Below the pieces are notes generated by a model. That model ran no database searches. It was not told the origin of the DNA and saw nothing but the letters and a program-made list of their open reading frames with translations. From contig CAOJRP010000003.1 in NCBI GenBank assembly GCA_948442015.1, positions 19,609-83,608 of the forward strand: a stretch of DNA of 64,000 nt, written 5' to 3'. Of this stretch, positions 37,950 through 45,358 are shown in pieces. The first letter of the stretch is position 1. Each line of letters begins with the position of its first letter. A program made the translations under genes and the position numbers. This DNA comes from an uncultured Erysipelotrichaceae bacterium. GTDB lineage: Bacteria; Bacillota_I; Bacilli_A; RF39; UBA660.

Positions 37950-38613
37950 TAGTATTATTACAAATAATGAAGCGTTACTAAGTTTAAACATATTATTACT
38001 ATGTTTCATAAGTGCCATTATATATGGTCTTATTATTGCTTTTACTCACAAACTAACTTCAAAATATAGTAAAAACTTTTTAATAACTCTTTCTATTCTA
38101 CCCTTTCTCGTTGGAACAATTATCATAATGGTTAATGGTAACTTAGGAACATCTGTTGCTATAGTGGGAGCTTTTAGTTTAATAAGATTTCGAAGTGTAC
38201 CAGGTACATCTAAAGAAATAGCTAGTGTTTTCTTTGCGATGGTTGTTGGTCTTGCTACAGGTGTTGGATACATTCTATTTGCAGGAATTATCACAATTGT
38301 AGGTTGTATTATTATCTTCATTTTAAGTAAAACATCTGTTTTTGAACGAAATAAACAAGAAAAAATACTAAAAGTTACTATTCCCGAAAATTTAGATTAC
38401 ACATCTATATTTGATGATGTTTTCGCCTTATTTACTAAATCTCATGTTTTAGAACAAGTAAAAACTACTAATATGGGAAGTTTATTTGAATTAAATTATC
38501 GAATAACTTTAAATAATAATGCAAATGAAAAAGAGTTTATTGATGCTTTGAGAGTTAAAAATGGCAATTTAAAAGTTATGTTATCACAAACATTAGAAGA
38601 TAACGATTTATAG
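37942..38613 (+). CDS. DUF4956-like membrane protein
   Basis: Four TM helices, the motif FSLIRFRS, and a soluble C-terminal domain. It is the usual partner of bacterial VTC-domain genes. It overlaps the VTC stop by 8 nt. Confidence 0.7.
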   Translation: MLSSIITNNEALLSLNILLLCFISAIIYGLIIAFTHKLTSKYSKNFLITLSILPFLVGTIIIMVNGNLGTSVAIVGAFSLIRFRSVPGTSKEIASVFFAMVVGLATGVGYILFAGIITIVGCIIIFILSKTSVFERNKQEKILKVTIPENLDYTSIFDDVFALFTKSHVLEQVKTTNMGSLFELNYRITLNNNANEKEFIDALRVKNGNLKVMLSQTLEDNDL

Positions 38614-38621
38614 GTATTGTT

Positions 38622-40369
38622 ATGAAGAAGAAAATTATATTTGGGATTATCTTAATTATAGTGGTTATCTTCTCTTTATTTCTATTTCTAAATAAGAATT
38701 TAAAAAAAGAGGAAAGAAAAAACTATAAAACAACTAATGATATTAAAATCGAACTTAATACTGATGATAGTGATAAAGAATAGATTGGGACAAATATCCA
38801 AAACAAGAAATAAATTTAACTGAAAGTATTAAAATTAATGAAGAAGGAGTTTATTACCTAAATGGTAAAATAGAAGATGGAAATATTACGATTGATACAT
38901 CATCTAATGTAAAATTAGTTTTCGATAACGTTAATATAAACAATAATTCTGGTCCCGCCATTTTAGTAAATAATGCTCAAAATGTTGTTATTGAACTAAA
39001 AGATGGCAGTACGAATTACTTAAGTGATGGCTTTTCTTATAAAGTAGAAGATGAAGATATTAATGCTACCATTTTTAGTAAAGATGATTTAATCTTTGAA
39101 GGCACTGGTACTATCAATATCAAAGCTAATTATAAAGATGGAATTGTTTCTAAAGATGACTTGAAAATTATAAATGGAACTTATAATATTGAAGCTAACG
39201 GAGATGGAATAAGAGGAAAAGACTCACTTTATATATTAGATGGAACATATAATATTAATTCCAAAGATGATGCTTTAAAAAGTACTAACGATACTAATGA
39301 AGAGAAAGGCTTTATCAAAATTTCAAATGGTACTTTTAATATAGTTTCTCTAAAAGATGGAATTCAAGCTGAAACAAAACTTTTAATCCAAAATGGAAAT
39401 TTTAATATTAAAACGGGTAATGGCGAAGTTTCTAATTATCAAAATCGCTATCAAAATTGGAATAGTAATGTTACTACTGAAAGCATTAAAGGCATAAAAG
39501 CTAAAGATAACTTAGTAATAGAAAATGGCAGTTTTATAATTGATAGTGAAGATGATGCAATTCATTCTAATAACTATATAGGTATTAAAAATGGTAAATT
39601 TGAAATTAATACAGGTGATGACGCAATACACGCTGATACAGAACTAATTATTGATGATGGTACAATTGAAATTAGTAATAGTTACGAAGGAATAGAATCG
39701 GCAAATATAACTATTAATAATGGCTCTATCAATATAGTTTCTTTAGATGATGGAATTAACGTTGCTGGTGGAAAAGATTCTTCTAGTCTGAATCGGCCTG
39801 GAGAGAATAAATTTTCTAGTAACTCTAATAATAAACTAATTATTAATGATGGCAATATAACTGTCCTAGCTTCTGGTGATGGATTAGATGCTAATGGTTC
39901 AATAATAATTAATGGCGGAACAATATTTGTTGATGGTCCAGTGGATAACGGAAATGGTGCCTTAGACTACGATGGTGAATGTTCTATAACTGGCGGAACA
40001 ATAATAGCTCTTGGCTCAAGTGGAATGGCCCAAGGTTTTAGTGAGACTTCTACTCAAGTTGGAGCTTTAATCAATTTAAGTAATACCTATTCAAGTGGAA
40101 CGTCTATTAAATTAATAGATGAAAAGGAAAATACAGTTATTACTTATACCTCAAAAAAGAGTTTCTCTTCTATTGCTATTTCTACTAATAAAATGCAAAA
40201 AGATAAAAGCTATACTTTAGAACTTAATGATATAAAATATACAACTTTTAATACTACAAATACTATTACAAATATTGGTGGAAATAACAAAAGCCCTAAT
40301 AATAGACCAAATAATATGAATGAACCAAATAAAAATGGACCCCCTAATGAAAAAAAGAGAATTAATTAA
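38622..40369 (+). pseudogene. secreted beta-helix-like repeat protein (third gene of the VTC cluster) with a single-base frameshift at 38777-38783
   Basis: The ATG at 38622 gives a signal/TM peptide, then TAG at 38781-38783. The -1 frame continues (I)DWDKYPKQEINLTESIKINEEGVYYLNGK... through the track ORF 39161-40369. DDAIHS/GDGIRGKD/DDALKS repeats are present. Confidence 0.65.
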
Positions 40370-41595
40370 CGTATAATTCTCTTTCTTCTTTGCTTTCTTA
40401 TTGCTCTTCTTACAATTCTTCTAATTTTTAAAAGAATAAATATTAAAACTATTAAGACTAAGAATACCCATAACCAATTAGATTTTAAAACTTTCGCAAT
40501 ATCCATTTTAAATTCTTCTTTTACAATTACATCTTCTTTTTTTACTAATTCATCTTTGTAATAATAGTTTATGGTTCCAATAGTATCTCCTAACTTATCT
40601 TTGTAACTTAATTCATCTTTTCCCGTATATTCAACTTTAATATCATCTGGGTCATAATCAACTGGCAAATACTTTGTAACGTCACGTTCTGGATAAACTA
40701 AGTATTGTGTTGTTTTACTATTTTTTACTTTTAATATTTTTATTAAATCTTCTTTATCAGATAAAACAATATCTTTATAATTATTGTCAACAAAATTAAT
40801 AATAGCAACCGCATCTCTTAAATTATAATAATTTCCTTGGACATAAGGTGCTCCTAAAGTGATAGCAATTAAATCACGTTCTTTACTTGTAAAAAGTGAA
40901 GACATACACATTCCTGCTTCATCTGTAAAACCTGTTTTACTACCTTCTATTCTGGATAAATCAAGTCCCATAGTTTTGTTATATTTATCTATTGTTGCTT
41001 TAACTTCTAAACCATTTTTCAAAGTATATTCTTTAGTTGTATAAATTTCTTTAAATAATTCATTATTTAAAGCATATTTTAGCATTATTAAAATATCATT
41101 AGCACTACTATAGTTTCCTTCTTCATCAAGACCTGTAACATTCACAAAATGAGTATTTTTAAGTTCTAGTTTACTAGCTAATTCATTCATTTTGGATACA
41201 AAATCTTCGACACTTCCTGATATTGAAATCGCAAGCGAGTAAGTAGCATCAGCACCTGATGGGATAATTGATGCATATAACAAGTCTTTGTATGTAACTA
41301 TATCCCCTACTTTTAATCCTGCTTTAGAAGCATACCAAGGAACACTATTTATCATTTTACTTGTTAGTATAATCTCCTCATTGACATCACTAATATTTTC
41401 AATAGCTGTAATTGTTGTCATTATCTTCGTTAAACTAGCAATACTTTTCTTTTCATTACTATTCTTTTCAAGTAATACCTCGTTATTTTCTAAATCATAG
41501 ATTAAAACATTATTCGAATATAAATCTGGTAAAGATAGTGCAAAAACATTTATTGGAACTAATAATAAAATTAAAAATAAGACAACTTTTTTCAT
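40366..41595 (-). CDS. D-alanyl-D-alanine carboxypeptidase (PBP5 family) with a C-terminal membrane anchor
   Basis: A signal peptide, SIASLTK (SxxK), PSGAD (SxN-like), KTGFT (KTG), a C-terminal TM helix and an Arg-rich tail. Confidence 0.85.
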   Translation of the reverse strand: MKKVVLFLILLLVPINVFALSLPDLYSNNVLIYDLENNEVLLEKNSNEKKSIASLTKIMTTITAIENISDVNEEIILTSKMINSVPWYASKAGLKVGDIVTYKDLLYASIIPSGADATYSLAISISGSVEDFVSKMNELASKLELKNTHFVNVTGLDEEGNYSSANDILIMLKYALNNELFKEIYTTKEYTLKNGLEVKATIDKYNKTMGLDLSRIEGSKTGFTDEAGMCMSSLFTSKERDLIAITLGAPYVQGNYYNLRDAVAIINFVDNNYKDIVLSDKEDLIKILKVKNSKTTQYLVYPERDVTKYLPVDYDPDDIKVEYTGKDELSYKDKLGDTIGTINYYYKDELVKKEDVIVKEEFKMDIAKVLKSNWLWVFLVLIVLIFILLKIRRIVRRAIRKQRRKRIIR

Positions 41596-41628
41596 ACGTT
41601 CACCCTAGTGTAATTATAAAATCAAACC

Positions 41629-41657
41629 ATAAAAAAAGCAATGTTTTTCATTGCTTT
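41629..41657 (-). terminator. rho-independent terminator after the CotZ-like gene
   Basis: A perfect 9-bp stem (aaagcaatg / cattgcttt, 41635-41657) plus a 7-nt T-run on the minus strand. Confidence 0.7.
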
Positions 41658-42087
41658 AAACACATTCTACAAATGTATCATTCAAACATCTTATACTACA
41701 AACACAATCTAAATTCATTGTGAATATTGAGTTAGTAGCTACATATGGATATAAACTTGTTGTATCAGGATTATCAGCTAGTACTCTAAATGTACAACAA
41801 TTACCCTCTATCTTTTCTACTCTAAATACAGAAGAACAAGTTTCACTTGCAGCAGTGCAAGTAGCTACAGAATCCTTACTAGTTGGCATTGCCCAAGGAC
41901 GCCCATTACCACAGCAAGTATATAACATAACTGGTCTTGTATTACAAATTAAACAATTTGGTCCTCCACCTAACATTGGTCTATCACAAGAATCTAAACA
42001 ATTATCTGGACAAGCATTTTGTTGTAAAACCATTATCACATTAAGTATATCAGCAATGCAGTTTCCTTCATTATTATTGTTACACAT
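41656..42087 (-). CDS. cysteine-rich spore coat protein, CotZ/CotY family-like
   Basis: NCIADILNVIMVLQQNACPDNC..., then FRVEKIEGNCCTFRVL and NLDCVCSIRCLN. These are colinear with Bacillus CotZ/CotY blocks (CV..V..I..LQ...CP..C; FFRVE.V.G.C.TL; VDLDCFCAI.CL). Confidence 0.7.
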   Translation of the reverse strand: MCNNNNEGNCIADILNVIMVLQQNACPDNCLDSCDRPMLGGGPNCLICNTRPVMLYTCCGNGRPWAMPTSKDSVATCTAASETCSSVFRVEKIEGNCCTFRVLADNPDTTSLYPYVATNSIFTMNLDCVCSIRCLNDTFVECV

Positions 42088-42190
42088 ATCTTTTCACCCT
42101 TTCATGTATTCTCACTAATAATTTATGATTAATATATAAAATAGTGCATATTTTAAAATTTTATAGTATAATTCTTTATAGGTGATTAAA

Positions 42191-42508
42191 ATGGAATGGA
42201 TACAATATCCAATAATTATTGTAGTATTATTAATAATTTCATTAGTAGTTGTTAAACTTCGTAAGAAAGACTTTAGTAATGAAATTAATAAGTTAATAAA
42301 ATATCTAGGAGGCAAGGAAAATATCATTAATGCTGAGTGCAATATGTCAAGGTTTAAAGTAATTTTAAAAGATGTTACTTTAGCTGATAAAGATGGTATT
42401 CAAAAATTAGGAGCTCAAGGTATTGTTGAAGTTGACAACCAAATAAAAATTATTTTTGGTAAAGATGCTAAACAATTAAAAAAATATATTAAAGACATTG
42501 TAAAATAA
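42191..42508 (+). CDS. membrane-anchored PTS EIIB(Glc)-like domain protein
   Basis: A TM helix, then LIKYLGGKENIINAECNMSRFKVILKD...IFG. This matches the EIIB pattern LGG..NI....C.TRLR...D. The ATG at 42191 follows a TAGGTGA SD. Confidence 0.55.
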   Translation: MEWIQYPIIIVVLLIISLVVVKLRKKDFSNEINKLIKYLGGKENIINAECNMSRFKVILKDVTLADKDGIQKLGAQGIVEVDNQIKIIFGKDAKQLKKYIKDIVK

Positions 42509-42610
42509 GTCTTTTTATGTTATCATGAATATGTCAAGGAAACTTGCATACAATAAAAAAAGGGAACATTCAGTTTTGCATGTTGAATGTCTACCCAAAC
42601 AAATTTAGAT

Positions 42611-42650
42611 GGACATTTAATTCAAATGCGAATTAAGTGTCATTTTTTTA
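42611..42650 (+). terminator. rho-independent terminator ~100 nt downstream of the EIIB-like gene
   Basis: gacatttaattc-aaatgc-gaattaagtgtc (12-bp stem, one mismatch) followed by atttttttatt. Confidence 0.65.
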
Positions 42651-42732
42651 TTACTAAAACCAGTAAGGTAAAGAGTAGTAAAATGAGTGATATGTAGCGA
42701 AGCAACTTTATATTGTATTCACGTTTTTTCAA
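42616..42732 (-). CDS. candidate small hydrophobic peptide (38 aa, TTG start): MKKREYNIKLLRYISLILLLFTLLGFSNKKMTLNSHLN
   Basis: It is below the track size cut-off. A GAGGAGG SD lies 9 nt upstream of the TTG at 42732-42730. There is a predicted TM stretch. The stop falls inside the convergent terminator stem. Confidence 0.3.
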
Positions 42733-42874
42733 ATCTCTCAAACCTCCTCTCTATAAGAGATTTGGTAGACACTCTGGCAACTAAATATTCCTAAAACAAT
42801 TGTACTGTATTTAATGATGAAAAACAAGCGAACATTATAACTTTTTTTATAAAAACAATCGCCATTAAAAGCGA

Positions 42875-43168
42875 TTATTTTATTTCTTTAATACTTTTTA
42901 TATCAGCTATTTTAATATTTTTATTACTTAACGTTAAGATATGGTCTTTAAATCTTGCTGCTATTTTCTCGACACTCTTTTCAGTGTTTGTAACTATTTC
43001 CACACTTTTTAAGAAAGCAAATTTTGAATTACTATAGATTTTATCTAAAACTTCATTAACGTTTCGGTCATCCTTTCCTTCGCCATAAAAAACAGATTGA
43101 ACATTATCTATTGTATTATCAATTTTATTAGCAAAAACACCTGGTAAATCTTTATTCATAGTCGTCAC
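42875..43168 (-). CDS. hypothetical small protein
   Basis: 97 aa, followed by the hairpin aatcgc-cattaaaa-gcgatt (42857-42876). I recognise no family. Confidence 0.5.
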   Translation of the reverse strand: MTTMNKDLPGVFANKIDNTIDNVQSVFYGEGKDDRNVNEVLDKIYSNSKFAFLKSVEIVTNTEKSVEKIAARFKDHILTLSNKNIKIADIKSIKEIK

Positions 43169-43226
43169 CTCTATTACATACTATGTTTTTAGTATTAATA
43201 AGTTTCAAATTAAACATAATAATAGT

Positions 43227-44252
43227 ATGAAAAAGATTATGACCAATAAATACTTAATTTTAATACCAATTATGGTTTTATTAATAATAAGTGTTATGAC
43301 TTTAAAACAAGGAACTAATCTAGGTACAAAGCAATTAATTTTTTGTTTATTGTCATTAGGACTTATTTTTGTTGTTTCCAAAATTAATATGAAATGGATA
43401 ATAAAGAAAAGTATTTGGTTTTATATAATTTGTAATCTTCTTTTAGTCTTAGTTTTAATAATTGGTAATGAAACTAAAGGAGCTAAAGCATGGTTAGATT
43501 TATACTTTTTTAAATTACAACCTAGTGAACTCATGAAGATAGCATTATTACTTTACTTAATTAAACTTAATATGTCCAATAGAAATATAATCTTTTTAAT
43601 AATTGCTTTCTTAATACCTAGCATTTTAACTTATTTAGAGCCGGATACAGGAGCAATTATCTTTTATGCTATTATCTTATTTAGTTGTCTAATATACCGT
43701 AACAAAAATAAGAAAGCTCTCATTATCTTAGCAATACTAGCTTTATTGACTTTTTTAGGTTTAGCTTTTATGTATATAAAGTATCAAGATTTATTTATTA
43801 AAATATTTGGTACAAGTATCTTTTATCGAATTGATAGATTAATTGGTTTTAAAGAACAAAGTAACTTACAATTAGAAAATGCCTTAATATCTATTGGTTC
43901 CCATAGTTTTGTTTATTTTCCAGAATATCACAATGACTTTATTTTTGCTTATATATTAAGTACAAATAGTATTTTTGTACCACTACTTATTTTAATTTGT
44001 TTCTTTTTAATATTTAAGTATTTGTGGCAGAAAAAAAATCCTCTATCCACAGCTATTTTATTAACACTTGTTTTTCAATCGTTTTATAACATGCTCATGA
44101 ATATTGGATTAGTTCCTATTATTGGTATTCCCCTACCTTTTGTTTCTTATGGTGGTAGTTATTTATTATCCCTATGTATATTAATTGGAATGGCTATTAA
44201 TATCTATAATAAGGATAATAATTATATGGTACTCCATAAGGATAGTAATTAG
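43227..44252 (+). CDS. FtsW/RodA/SpoVE-family (SEDS) protein
   Basis: LQPSELMKIALLLYL, EPDTGAII, PLPFVSYGGSYLLS, and about 9-10 TM helices. Confidence 0.85.
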   Translation: MKKIMTNKYLILIPIMVLLIISVMTLKQGTNLGTKQLIFCLLSLGLIFVVSKINMKWIIKKSIWFYIICNLLLVLVLIIGNETKGAKAWLDLYFFKLQPSELMKIALLLYLIKLNMSNRNIIFLIIAFLIPSILTYLEPDTGAIIFYAIILFSCLIYRNKNKKALIILAILALLTFLGLAFMYIKYQDLFIKIFGTSIFYRIDRLIGFKEQSNLQLENALISIGSHSFVYFPEYHNDFIFAYILSTNSIFVPLLILICFFLIFKYLWQKKNPLSTAILLTLVFQSFYNMLMNIGLVPIIGIPLPFVSYGGSYLLSLCILIGMAINIYNKDNNYMVLHKDSN

Positions 44253-44385
44253 GATAAGGATTTGTTACAACAACTGGTCTTGGACGGGATACACCTACTG
44301 CTGCTCCACCTACTAGACCACCAAGTAAAAAAGGCACAATAAATTGTCTATCTCCATATCTATTACCATAGTAATTTTGATACAT
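44197..44385 (-). CDS. Tyr/Pro/Gly-rich small protein
   Basis: 62 aa with a strong AAAGGAG SD. It reads YYGNRYG...GGLVGGAAVG...PYPNYYPYGVPYNYYPYYRY. Confidence 0.55.
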   Translation of the reverse strand: MYQNYYGNRYGDRQFIVPFLLGGLVGGAAVGVSRPRPVVVTNPYPNYYPYGVPYNYYPYYRY

Positions 44386-44475
44386 AGAAAAAACTCCTTT
44401 CTATTATAAAATATGAAGAGTTTGTTTTATTGTTATTTTTTAAATAACATTTTAATATATTCTCCGTTGTCCTCT

Positions 44476-45287
44476 TTATAAGTAAAATAAATCATATTTA
44501 GAAGCTATAGCGTTTACTACCTTACTAACATATACTCCTTCTCTATCCATACTTAAAGTATCTTCAATCATCGCAATTATTTCTTCATCATCTAGATCAA
44601 TATAATCTGCTAAATCTCTCGTTGTTAATATTTCATTCGTTTCTGGATTAATAGTATCTACAGAACTTAAGTCTAAAGAAGAAATAATTTGCAAAAAATA
44701 GGATCATCAAACTATATTTATCTAATTCTTCGGTGAATAAACCATTATTATAAAATTTTGGCTTTAAAACCTTATACATATTATCAATAGCGTCAGAAAT
44801 TGAAAACGAAAAATAATCATCAATTTGAAAACCATCATAATCTGTTAAACTTAAAAGTCCCATATTAGAGACAAAAGTATTTGATATTGTGCATAAGTCT
44901 GGAAATACTAAACCTAAATTATGTCCCTTCTTAACTACATTTTCTAATTTAGTAAAAAAATGAGCAAGGAAATATAAATTATTTAATTTTCGATTACTTA
45001 GATACTTATCAGATCTTTGACCTTTATTAAATTTCGTTGTGTATCCAACTAATCTATTTTTTTGATAAACAGCTGTTAAAGGCTGATAAAATTCCTTAAA
45101 ATTCTTTAATTTTTCTCCTATTTAATATTTTCTCTTCTAAAGGTATGTTCTGTTTCTCATAGCGCTCTATCTCTTCAAAACGAAATCTTTTAAATACCCT
45201 TCAATCACTAAGTAAATAGACAATTGACCTATAACTATTTAACAAAACTTTACGAATATTTAAGTCACTAACTTGTTCTTTTAGCAT
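44476..45287 (-). pseudogene. decayed protein-kinase-like-fold gene
   Basis: The ATG at 45287 follows a GAGGAG SD. There is an in-frame TGA after ...LLSD, then two frameshifts. The middle segment ...RLVGYTTKFNKG...HNLGLVFPDLCTISNTFVSNMGLLSLTDYDGFQI resembles the HxDL..xN / DFG-like core of kinase-fold proteins. Confidence 0.5.
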
Positions 45288-45358
45288 AGTTGTTTCTCCT
45301 CTAATGTCTTACTATTATAAATTTTTTTTAATTAATTGCAAGAAAAAATAGACAATAA

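Noticed and set aside
38770-38790. Programmed -1 ribosomal frameshifting at the three split plus-strand genes (also 1765-1775 and 10129-10150).
   Set aside because: There is no X_XXY_YYZ slippery heptamer or downstream pseudoknot-like structure at any junction. A single-base indel, possibly an assembly error, is simpler.
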